In this document: positions 1-7,764 of the stretch, one piece after another | Numbering within the stretch: the stretch's first letter is position 1 | How the letters are laid out: each line of letters begins with the position of its first letter | Source: a virus | Lineage: Duplodnaviria > Caudoviricetes | Length of the DNA: 35,196 nucleotides | Reading direction: 5' to 3' (one strand) | IMG/VR virus record: IMGVR_UViG_3300007004_000007 | Span: 1-35,196 of that record | The notes under the pieces: model-generated | Database searches by the model: none | Seen by the model: only the letters and a program-made list of their open reading frames with translations | What the model was told of the DNA's origin: nothing | Translations under genes and position numbers: made by a program

Positions 1-118
1 ATCTATGTCTCTAGGTGCTCTAAGTGCTCTCCTGCTCTAACCTCGTGCTCTGGCAGGTGCCCAGGAAGTCAAGGACACCCCTTGCCCAGATATCAGGGTG
101 TGGGGTAGAGTGGGTGGT

Positions 119-427
119 GTGAAGTTAACAGGACCTCCGTCCATACCACAAGAGGACCCAGCTGACCGTCAGGCCGCGCTGCTGGCCGACCTGAAGGACA
201 TGAGACGCGCCGTCAGCTTCGCCAGCCGGTTGCTGCGGGACGAGCTGGGGCCAGGCGGCTTGATGGAAGACGAACCTGAGCCCGCGAAGAAGACCTGGAT
301 GTTGGCCATCGCCTGCCTGGGAGCAGCTTCTGACATGCCAATGATCCCCTTGCACTTCTGGCGACACCCGAGAGAGGAGAACCAGGATGCTCAAGCAGCT
401 GAGCAGGCTGACAGTCCGGCGGCCTGA
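119..427 (+). CDS. hypothetical protein
   Basis: ORF 98..427. GTG at 119 is preferred because TTGCCC-N18-TAGAGT (82-111) ends 7 nt upstream, implying a leaderless start. Confidence 0.6.
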   Translation: MKLTGPPSIPQEDPADRQAALLADLKDMRRAVSFASRLLRDELGPGGLMEDEPEPAKKTWMLAIACLGAASDMPMIPLHFWRHPREENQDAQAAEQADSPAA

Positions 428-665
428 GCCGCCCAAGTTCATCGTCCAGGTCCAGTTCCGCCAAGTGGGTCACGTGGGCTGGGTCAACCGGGAGCCGGTG
501 ACCGTGTCCGCCCGCGACCACCTGGAGACTGTGTCGTTCATCCTCACCAGGTATGTCATCGAGCCGGGTGAGCGTCTTCTCGTCTGGGCTCCGGGAGACG
601 GTTGGCCTCGGGTCTTCCAGCCCGGCGCAGGTGGATTCTGGGAGGACACCAGCCATGCCCACTAA
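387..665 (+). CDS. hypothetical protein
   Basis: 92-aa ORF with GGAG upstream, overlapping its neighbours in operon style. Confidence 0.6.
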   Translation: MLKQLSRLTVRRPEPPKFIVQVQFRQVGHVGWVNREPVTVSARDHLETVSFILTRYVIEPGERLLVWAPGDGWPRVFQPGAGGFWEDTSHAH

Positions 666-858
666 CCCGATCAAAGCTAAAGGCATCTGCTCGGTGTGCA
701 AGCAGATCCGCACCATCCGAGCTGATGGGAAGGTGGGCCGTCACAAGATGGGTGGTGTGGACAACGGGCCTAAGGTCAAGGGTGGCTCGGGGACCCTGGT
801 ATACCTTCGCGGTCAGTGCCGTGGAGCCAACGAACTTCCGCTTCAACAAGAGACCTGA
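655..858 (+). CDS. small putative Zn-binding protein (CxxC...H...C)
   Basis: GGAGG SD, then MPTNPIKAKGICSVCKQ...GRH...QCRG, a common small actinophage protein pattern. Confidence 0.65.
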   Translation: MPTNPIKAKGICSVCKQIRTIRADGKVGRHKMGGVDNGPKVKGGSGTLVYLRGQCRGANELPLQQET

Positions 859-866
859 GGTGCAAC

Positions 867-1169
867 ATGTTCAAGCTCATTGGGTTGGCCCTGGCCACCG
901 CCCTGACCTTCTCCGCTGGCCCGACACCGGACCCTCGCTACGGCAGGACGCTGACCCCGATCAAGCCCTGCAACCCGGTCACCATGCCCACCGTGTTGGA
1001 GGTGGCTGAAGTCGAGGCGCGGGCGAAGCTGAACGCCAACCGGATCTACACCATCAACGTCGCCGAGCTGAGGGCAGTCGAGATCCGGGTGGTGGTTTTC
1101 CAGGATCCCCCCGCAGGGACGTCCTTCTACCCGTGCCTACGCCCGACGTGGCTGATCCTCGGCAAGTAA
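867..1169 (+). CDS. putative secreted protein
   Basis: GAGGT SD; MFKLIGLALATALTFSA resembles a signal peptide. Confidence 0.6.
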   Translation: MFKLIGLALATALTFSAGPTPDPRYGRTLTPIKPCNPVTMPTVLEVAEVEARAKLNANRIYTINVAELRAVEIRVVVFQDPPAGTSFYPCLRPTWLILGK

Positions 1170-1180
1170 GCCGGGCAGCG

Positions 1181-1219
1181 TGAAGCCCCCAAGGTTCTTC
1201 CCTGACCTTGGGGGCTTCA
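1181..1219. terminator. bidirectional hairpin terminator
   Basis: Perfect 15-bp inverted repeat TGAAGCCCCCAAGGT/ACCTTGGGGGCTTCA between convergent genes. Confidence 0.8.
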
Positions 1220-1224
1220 TCATG

Positions 1225-1458
1225 TTAGCTCTCAGTGGCTCGGGCCAACCGCAGGATAGCCACCGCTAGCACCATGGAGAGTAATTCCGGGTCGTCGCCG
1301 AGGTTGTTCATGGCCGATTTCAGCAAACTCAAGGCGACTGCGGCACGGTCCGCGCCCTTGGCCAGGGCACTCGCGGCCATGTCGACCAGCTCTTGCAGCT
1401 GGTCATCCATTTCAGTGAGGACCTGGTTGGCCTCAGCTGTCCTATCGGGGCTCATCAT
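1225..1458 (-). CDS. hypothetical helical protein
   Basis: 77-aa ORF with GC-rich third positions, ending at the terminator. Confidence 0.65.
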   Translation of the reverse strand: MMSPDRTAEANQVLTEMDDQLQELVDMAASALAKGADRAAVALSLLKSAMNNLGDDPELLSMVLAVAILRLARATES

Positions 1459-1615
1459 GACTCCAGTTCTGGCAGGTGTCGCAGGTGTGTTGACTTCTCT
1501 CCTTGGCCCGGTAAGGCCCCCACAGGCTCACCAGGCCCCCGCAACGCAGCAGGGGTAGGTGGTGGTGACCCCACTTGCGGCATCGGCACCTGGCCGTTGA
1601 TCCGAACCGACTCAT
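1442..1615 (-). CDS. small Cys/His-rich hypothetical protein
   Basis: ATGA-coupled to the upstream ORF; MSRFGSTARCRC...HHH...CDTC. Confidence 0.45.
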   Translation of the reverse strand: MSRFGSTARCRCRKWGHHHLPLLRCGGLVSLWGPYRAKERSQHTCDTCQNWSHDEPR

Positions 1616-1710
1616 GACCATCTCACATAGAGCATGACGGAGAGCGTGCATAACGTGCCGGACAGAAACCCCAAGGCGACTGGTGCCCACCACCAGGTAG
1701 ACGGTCTCAT
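1612..1710 (-). CDS. 32-aa membrane peptide
   Basis: MRPSTWWWAPVALGFLSGTLCTLSVMLYVRWS; ATGA overlaps at both ends; absent from the ORF track. Confidence 0.5.
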   Translation of the reverse strand: MRPSTWWWAPVALGFLSGTLCTLSVMLYVRWS

Positions 1711-1853
1711 GACAGCGCAATGATCCAAGCCGGGATGGCTGACGCTGCCAGCAAAGTGACCGCGACGATGGCAGCCACAATGAGGCAGCCCCCGCCTTCG
1801 CCGACGATCTCATGCATCTGGCCGTTGGCTGTGTGGTCGCTGATCAAATCCAT
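1707..1853 (-). CDS. 48-aa membrane peptide
   Basis: AGGAG SD; MDLISDHTANG...GCLIVAAIVAVTLLAASAIPAWIIALS has one TM helix. Confidence 0.6.
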   Translation of the reverse strand: MDLISDHTANGQMHEIVGEGGGCLIVAAIVAVTLLAASAIPAWIIALS

Positions 1854-1891
1854 GGTGACTCCTACGTCCGCTTTGCCGTTATCATTCGCTT

Positions 1892-2491
1892 ATGGCCTTG
1901 ACGACCGTGACCTTGCATGGGGAGATCCTTGACCCCAACACCGGTGATCCGGCTGTGGGTACGGTCAGATTCCAGATCACGCAGGAACTGCGCGACACTG
2001 TCGCCAACATCATCTACTCGCCCACCGAATACGTTGACATCCTTGACATCAACGGTGAGTTCAGCATTATCCTACCCACCACCGATAACCCAGATGTAAC
2101 CCCCCTGGACTGGACCTACCGGGTTCTGGTGGCCACAGATGTGTGGACGGAAACGTTCCGCATGTCCCTGGACGGCCCAGGCCCCGTCGTCGAGTTCGCC
2201 GACCTGCTCCCCACCGTGGCAGGCAACGGCTCAAGCTGCACACCTGACGGCACAGCCTGCGCACCCATCAGCCACGACCATGACATCTACGTCCTCAAAG
2301 CCGGGGATGTCATGACCGGCCCGCTGACCATCGGTGGCAAAAACGGGTTGGGCCCGTTCACCATGGCCGGGTTGAAAGCCACCCCAGGTGCCCCGGCGGC
2401 CGGTGCCTGGCTCGCCGGGGACGTCATCCTGGACTCACTCGGGGTGTGGCATCTGTGCACCGTCAGCGGCACCCCGGGCACCTGGACCTGA
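1892..2491 (+). CDS. tail fibre/minor tail-like protein (displaced)
   Basis: N-terminal actinophage fibre anchor-like domain, fibre motif YVLKAGDVMTGPLT, and tailspike-type C-terminal motif GAPAAGAWLAGD...WHLCTVSGTPGTW. Confidence 0.65.
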   Translation: MALTTVTLHGEILDPNTGDPAVGTVRFQITQELRDTVANIIYSPTEYVDILDINGEFSIILPTTDNPDVTPLDWTYRVLVATDVWTETFRMSLDGPGPVVEFADLLPTVAGNGSSCTPDGTACAPISHDHDIYVLKAGDVMTGPLTIGGKNGLGPFTMAGLKATPGAPAAGAWLAGDVILDSLGVWHLCTVSGTPGTWT

Positions 2492-2492
2492 G

Positions 2493-5129
2493 CTACATCG
2501 TCCCCAGGATGCCATGACTCATCCCGACCCTGAGTCCCACCCAATGCCAGGTTGATATGCGTTTACGCTCATAGCCCATGTCGATGAGTCTGCGTACGAC
2601 TTTCTTCGCGCCCAACGGTTTGATCATGTTCCGTCCGCACCATTCCTGGTAGATGCGGAACAGGTGACCGGAGTCGATTCGCTCCTCGGCGGCTTCGACG
2701 ATCAAGCCCTCAGCAAGGCCGTCTTCGATGAACTGTGCCACGGTGTCCGACTCCAGCTTGTGTGCGGCCACTGAAGTCTTCACCGCAGCTGGCTCACCCA
2801 GGCCCGATTCGCGATACTTGGCCAAACCAGCCAGAAGCCAGTTCAGGATCCCCGATGCCTCTTCGGCAAGGATCTTCGCACCGATGTCAGGGACAGCTTT
2901 GTTGGCCCCGTCGCGGCTGAACTGGGTGTTGAAGTGGATCGGCTTGACCCGTGCCCAGATGGCGGAGTCATCAGCGTCCAGTTGTGGCAAGAAGTTCGTC
3001 GCCATCCAGATGGAACATTCAGGGTCCCAGGACTGGTTCTTCTCATACAGGTCCCGGGATACGATCTCATCGCTGCCAGTGAGGCGCTTGATCAGTTCCT
3101 CATCCAGGACAGCCCTCTCCGAAGTTTCCGAGGTGGCCACGAAACGCTTGCCCCGCAAGCCATGTAGGTCATTGGTCTGCCCAGACCTGTTGACTCGCAA
3201 GGCAGCTGCGGCTGCGGTGCCACCGAAGTCAGCGAACAGCTTCGTCATCAGGCTCAAGAACTGGGACTTACCAGTGCCCGACGGTCCATATAGGATGAAG
3301 ATGGATCGTTCGTCAACTTCCCCGGCCAGCGTGTAACCCAAGGCACGCTGAATGTAGTCACGCACCGCCGGGTCAGGCATGAGCTGAGCCAGGAATGCTT
3401 CAAACCTAGGCGCTTTGGCGGCTGCGTCGAAGCGTGCACCAAAGACTCGGGTGAGCATCAACTTCGGGTCGTGCGGCCCCAGTTCCCCAGTGAGCAGGTT
3501 GAGTGTCCCGTTCGCCACGGTGATCAGTTCCCTGCGCGAGTCGAAGTCGGCTGAGCCTGCTGTGATATCAGATTGCGCGGCGAACTGGCTGACAGCTGAA
3601 CGGATACGCTGATGGGACTGCGAGGAAACGCCCCATTTGTACAGCTTCTCACCCTTTTTGGGGTCTTCGATGCTGAGCTGCCGAGCTTCGGCGAAGATCT
3701 GCTCCGTCATCTTCACGGCGGCCTGGTTGATCCCAGCCGTCATGTCGGGACGCCAGCTCATCTGATTCCACTGATACCAGGTGTTCTGGTGGAAGTGCCA
3801 GCGGAAACTATCACCGAACATGTCCTTCATCCGAACCGCGTTGCCCACGTCGGATGGGACATAGTCGGCCGGAGCCGGTTGATCAGCCTGAGGTCCAGGC
3901 TGAATAGGTGGAACTGGTGGTGGGGATGGAGCCTGGGCTTGCTCGATCATCTTCGGTTCGATCATGGATGTCAGGTCAACGCGTGGCACGGAAGGCTCCC
4001 GCGCCCCACCGTAGCCAAGCTTGCGAAGATCAGAAGCAGCCGCGCTGAAGTCCCCGCCATGGTGGATGAGGGCATACGCGGCGAACTTGTTGTATGCCTT
4101 GTTGGGTTCGAAGGGTGCCCACTCACCGGAGAAGACGTACAGCCGATCTTCGTCAGCTGCCCGGCCAGTGGTGCCCGAATGCCCACCTGAGTCCTTGCCC
4201 GGCCGACGCCAGTAGCCTGTCTGACCTCGGGAGTACATGTAGGTTGCGCCGTGGGGCACAAGGATCTGCGACCAGGACGTCCTGGCGGCGAAGTCAGCAC
4301 CAGGTGTCAGGGCCTCACCTGGGGTGGGGATGCGAGGTGGGTTGACGGGGCGGGGTGCCTCCTCAACCGGCAGGGCCTTGAAGATCTGGTTGACCTGGTC
4401 GGCGAAAGCTTCGAAGGTGTAGAACTCGTATGAGGCGGGCTGAAGCACCTGGGCGGTGACAGCTCCACCGGCCTTGCGGTTCACGGTGCCGGGGATCCGA
4501 AGCACCCGGGCCAAGTCGCCAACCTCGGCACCGTAGTGCAGGCCAAGCCGCTTCGCGGTGTGGTGCAGGATCTGCTGAAGTCGGCTGGAGATCAGCTCAG
4601 CTTCGGCCAGCGGCACCTGCCCCTCATCCTCACCAAGGATGCGTGAGGCCTCCAGAAGCCACCATGGGTAGAGTCCGCCACCGGAGTGAACCCACAAGGT
4701 CGGCTGGGGCAGGCCAGCTTCGGTGACGATACTGATGGCTTCGGCGATGGTGGCAGGCAGTCGACGGCCTTCGTGCTTGGCCGGGTCGTGCTTGTGGCCT
4801 GGGCCTTCGATGTCAATGTCAGCCGCGAAGCCTGGTAGGGATTGGGACAGATCAGCTCCACCGCGAACGGGGCGTCCGGACTCATCACGTGGTATGCCGC
4901 TTAGTGTGGTGGTCCGCATGTAGATGCCTTCGGCACCTGAAGCGTCGAGCCGGGCCACGTAGTCGGCGGCGTCGGCGGCATCGGAGAAGGTGCGGCCAAC
5001 CCAGTTGCCCACGGAGCAGATGTGTATAAGCCCTGGTGAACTGGCATGGAGAAGGTCGAGCCACCCCCGTACGGCACTTGGGTCGTAGGAGTGTTTGACC
5101 TGGGGTTCTTCGATTGCTATCATGCACAT
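2493..5129 (-). CDS. DNA primase/helicase (RepB-like primase + D5/P4-family SF3 helicase)
   Basis: Primase motifs DID, HSGGGLYPWW and RVLRIPGTVNRK; D5_N-like DVGNAVRM; Walker A GPSGTGKS; IKRLTGSD. Start is 5129 or 5123. Confidence 0.9.
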   Translation of the reverse strand: MCMIAIEEPQVKHSYDPSAVRGWLDLLHASSPGLIHICSVGNWVGRTFSDAADAADYVARLDASGAEGIYMRTTTLSGIPRDESGRPVRGGADLSQSLPGFAADIDIEGPGHKHDPAKHEGRRLPATIAEAISIVTEAGLPQPTLWVHSGGGLYPWWLLEASRILGEDEGQVPLAEAELISSRLQQILHHTAKRLGLHYGAEVGDLARVLRIPGTVNRKAGGAVTAQVLQPASYEFYTFEAFADQVNQIFKALPVEEAPRPVNPPRIPTPGEALTPGADFAARTSWSQILVPHGATYMYSRGQTGYWRRPGKDSGGHSGTTGRAADEDRLYVFSGEWAPFEPNKAYNKFAAYALIHHGGDFSAAASDLRKLGYGGAREPSVPRVDLTSMIEPKMIEQAQAPSPPPVPPIQPGPQADQPAPADYVPSDVGNAVRMKDMFGDSFRWHFHQNTWYQWNQMSWRPDMTAGINQAAVKMTEQIFAEARQLSIEDPKKGEKLYKWGVSSQSHQRIRSAVSQFAAQSDITAGSADFDSRRELITVANGTLNLLTGELGPHDPKLMLTRVFGARFDAAAKAPRFEAFLAQLMPDPAVRDYIQRALGYTLAGEVDERSIFILYGPSGTGKSQFLSLMTKLFADFGGTAAAAALRVNRSGQTNDLHGLRGKRFVATSETSERAVLDEELIKRLTGSDEIVSRDLYEKNQSWDPECSIWMATNFLPQLDADDSAIWARVKPIHFNTQFSRDGANKAVPDIGAKILAEEASGILNWLLAGLAKYRESGLGEPAAVKTSVAAHKLESDTVAQFIEDGLAEGLIVEAAEERIDSGHLFRIYQEWCGRNMIKPLGAKKVVRRLIDMGYERKRISTWHWVGLRVGMSHGILGTM
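5095..5123 (+). promoter_or_regulatory. sigma70/SigA-type promoter antisense to the primase gene
   Basis: TTGACC-N17-TATCAT with an extended -10 TGn. Confidence 0.7.
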
Positions 5130-5206
5130 ACCTTGTTTCTCTCGTCCACTCCTGCCTAGCATCGGGAGTGGACCGCAAGCCCAGAGCTACCAACTCTGGG
5201 CTTTTT
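5130..5206 (+). ncRNA. putative counter-transcribed antisense RNA
   Basis: Starts after the promoter; unpaired 5' tail, stem-loop 5144-5173, and terminator hairpin 5177-5203 running into TTTTT. Confidence 0.6.
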
Positions 5207-5251
5207 GCGTTCCCGACGAAGATCGGAGTGGTGGGCTGATCCTAAAGGACT

Positions 5252-5296
5252 GGGGCTGGACTGGGAAGCCATCTCAAGTTTTCCTGGTCCAGCCCC
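5252..5296 (-). terminator. hairpin after ssb (terminator/attenuator)
   Basis: GGGGCTGGAC...GTCCAGCCCC extended stem about 10 nt past the ssb stop. Confidence 0.6.
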
Positions 5297-5305
5297 GTGA
5301 TCTTA

Positions 5306-6148
5306 CTAGAACGGAGCCTGATCTGCCCCATTGGCCGGGTCTGCCTGTGTTGCCCGAATTGCCGCTAAAGTGGACATTTGGGGTGCCGGGCTGACCTGAG
5401 CCGGTGGAGCCGACGGACCCCCAGTGGCCCAAGCCGGTGGCGGACCCTGCTCATGGTGAGCCGGTGACACCGGAGTCGGGTCGGCGTAGCCAACAGGCGC
5501 ATGCTGCGGGTGCCAAACCGGCTGAGCCTGAGCTGGCGGCCTCGGGGCGGCCTGAGGTGTAGTCGCCCAAGGGTCAGGCGTGTAAGCCTGCTGGGGTGGC
5601 TGCTGTGGTGGCGCACCCCATCCAGCGGTCCAGGTGCCAGCGTGGCCAGGTGCCTGGGGCGCTGGCTGCTGCGGGTAGCTCGGCTGGGCTGGAGCAGCTG
5701 GTGCTGGGGCAGACCCCGGTGCAGGTGGCATGTAACGCACCGCGAACAGCTTCGGCTTCTGCCCAGCGTCGGACTCCATGTCCTCACCAGTGAAGGTGAT
5801 GTCCACCCAGCCGCCCACAGCCAGGAACTTCGCCCCGGATTCCAGGATGGCCTGCTTCACTGCTTTCTCGAAGTGCTTGCCTTTGACGTAGATGGTCCGC
5901 TCACCTGTGTCCGGTCGAGCCCGGTCAGGTGTGGCGATGCCCTCCCAGTTGCGGAAAGAGGTCGCGACGGACACCAGCATCTGCAACTTCGGATCCCCGG
6001 AGGGCCAGAACGCCGGATCGTTGGTTTTGAAAACCTTCTGCTGCTGAACCGTCGGCGGGGCCAGGATCTGACCAACGATCCGGTCACCGAACTGGCGGAA
6101 GCTGAAACCTGGGTTGCTGGAACCCATGAGAAAGGACTGGGCGTCCAT
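5306..6148 (-). CDS. ssDNA-binding protein (actinophage type)
   Basis: N-domain FSF..FGD.IVG.I...W.SGDPK.Q...R.IYVKG...PKLF.VRY; P/A/Q-rich tail ending in PF; lies between exonuclease and primase. Confidence 0.7.
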   Translation of the reverse strand: MDAQSFLMGSSNPGFSFRQFGDRIVGQILAPPTVQQQKVFKTNDPAFWPSGDPKLQMLVSVATSFRNWEGIATPDRARPDTGERTIYVKGKHFEKAVKQAILESGAKFLAVGGWVDITFTGEDMESDAGQKPKLFAVRYMPPAPGSAPAPAAPAQPSYPQQPAPQAPGHAGTWTAGWGAPPQQPPQQAYTPDPWATTPQAAPRPPAQAQPVWHPQHAPVGYADPTPVSPAHHEQGPPPAWATGGPSAPPAQVSPAPQMSTLAAIRATQADPANGADQAPF

Positions 6149-6178
6149 CTCATCCCCTTTGGTTAGTTGTTAGTCGGA

Positions 6179-6394
6179 TTAGTTAGTTTGTGTGTCGTTG
6201 TGTGGAAACTTGGAGCCCTCTCCGAGCCACTGCTGGGTGGCTTTGCGAGTCATCCGGTAAACCGTGAGCGTGCCGATCAACATCTCAGCCAGGATGAAAT
6301 CCGGCGTATCGGTCTTAGCGTCCACGCTATTGCGGTTGAGCACCGCAGCCAGCTCACGTTGCAGATCTGGACCAAACCCATCGAATGTCATCAC
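6179..6394 (-). CDS. conserved phage hypothetical protein
   Basis: LNRNS.D..TDTPDFILA motif recurs in phage proteins; coupled to the exonuclease stop. Confidence 0.7.
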   Translation of the reverse strand: MMTFDGFGPDLQRELAAVLNRNSVDAKTDTPDFILAEMLIGTLTVYRMTRKATQQWLGEGSKFPHNDTQTN

Positions 6395-7248
6395 TCAACC
6401 ATCCCCTCGCCGAACTTGCTCATAGCGTCAACGGCGTTTCCGCAGCAGCCCTGCGTCGAAGCAACTCCCACGCCTCCGCGATACCAGGGGCAGTAGGAGC
6501 AACCTTTGCCCGGGCTGGCTGCGATGGCTTCGAAGTCGAGCTGATCACCCTGGGCGATGAGGGTGTCGGCAAGTCCGTACATTCGGTCAAGAGCACGCTG
6601 TGCTCGATCTGGCTCGGCGCGCTCCAGCCAGACGCGGATGTCAGAAAGCCAGCCGGAGCGGGGGATGGCGACGAGGCAGACGAACCGCACCGGCAAACCG
6701 GCGTTGACGCATCCTCGGGCATACAGGTTCACCTGATCCTTGTGCAGCTCCGACGGGCCTTTTGACTTCCACTCTTTAAGCTTGGTGGGGCTGACCGTCT
6801 TGTAGTCGATGACGGCTTGCAGCTCCGAGTCGTACAGGTCAGCGTGGCCGACAACGTTGGGGTCGGGGTGGATGGTCAGCTCGGTCTGCCAGCGATCCAT
6901 GTGGTGGATCTTCTGGAAGTTGCTGACCGCCGACTCCATCCAGGTGTGGATGGCAGTGCCGACGATCGCTGGCAGCGGGTCCATCCAGTCGTTGACCTCA
7001 GGTGTCCCAGCCAGCCGGTAGGCAATCTTGCGCAGGCATTCGTCACCCAGCTCCGACGGGCCGATGGTCTTCTGCATGCTGCGGGCTGAGCGCTGATCAG
7101 TCCACCGGATGATGTCAACGAGGTCTTGGCGCAGATTTTCTGCTGCTACTTCCAGCTCATTCACAGGTTGGCAGGTGGGATGGAATTCGCTGCCCGCCAT
7201 GGTGAGGACTTCGTCCATGCGCTTGCCACATTTGAGGCACAGCTTCAT
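6391..7248 (-). CDS. Cas4-family/PD-(D/E)XK exonuclease
   Basis: PSELGDEC.RK, GTAIH, GHADLYD, IDYKT, QVNLY, and C-terminal CSYCPW...C Fe-S ligands. Confidence 0.85.
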   Translation of the reverse strand: MKLCLKCGKRMDEVLTMAGSEFHPTCQPVNELEVAAENLRQDLVDIIRWTDQRSARSMQKTIGPSELGDECLRKIAYRLAGTPEVNDWMDPLPAIVGTAIHTWMESAVSNFQKIHHMDRWQTELTIHPDPNVVGHADLYDSELQAVIDYKTVSPTKLKEWKSKGPSELHKDQVNLYARGCVNAGLPVRFVCLVAIPRSGWLSDIRVWLERAEPDRAQRALDRMYGLADTLIAQGDQLDFEAIAASPGKGCSYCPWYRGGVGVASTQGCCGNAVDAMSKFGEGMVE

Positions 7249-7679
7249 CGAATCTTGTTTTTCAGCGAGGGGATATCGGACCGGTACAGGAAGGTCCCCA
7301 AAACGCCCAGAACCGCATGCCTATGTTGTGCCATATGAGCCTCCCCATCAGCTTCTGCTTCCAGATCCTCCGTCCGCACCCCCAGATGTTGGGCAGCTGT
7401 ACTGGCGGGGACGAGATCGCTGACGTTAACACCCAGCTCCGACAATTCCTCCAAGGCTTCCTCGGCCCAGTGGAACCACTCCCCGATGCGTTTAGCGCTG
7501 TCCAGGGTCATGGCCTTGCCCAAGCCTTCCCACTGCCGCAAAGCCTCCGAATCCACCCCAATCAGACGTGCCTGGGCATTTCGGGTCAACCCGACCTTTT
7601 TGCGCAGCTGTGCAAGATCTCCCTCAAGCGTGACATAGAAGCCAAGTTTGACGAGGTCGTCGCGGGTCGGTTGGGCCAT
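7245..7679 (-). CDS. XRE-like HTH DNA-binding protein
   Basis: LRKKVGLTRNAQARLIGVDSEALRQWE; second HTH-like segment ASTAAQHLGV; TAAGAT 7 nt upstream of ATG 7679. Confidence 0.75.
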   Translation of the reverse strand: MAQPTRDDLVKLGFYVTLEGDLAQLRKKVGLTRNAQARLIGVDSEALRQWEGLGKAMTLDSAKRIGEWFHWAEEALEELSELGVNVSDLVPASTAAQHLGVRTEDLEAEADGEAHMAQHRHAVLGVLGTFLYRSDIPSLKNKIR

Positions 7680-7764
7680 GCCGCTGATCTTAGACCTCAC
7701 CGCCCCTTACAAGTCAAGCATCAGATAAGCAGCGAATCGGACATAAGGGCTGTATGGTGGGGTC

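Noticed and set aside
5130-5162. Primase start at ATG 5162
   Set aside because: No SD and it lies within the hairpin region; 5129 or 5123 follow a purine-rich tract.
6160-6190. TTAGT repeats upstream of ssb
   Set aside because: Too short; best explained as an unstructured A-rich translation-initiation region.
6391-7248. Cas4 as evidence of a CRISPR system
   Set aside because: No array or other cas genes; solo Cas4-like exonucleases are routine in actinophage replication modules.
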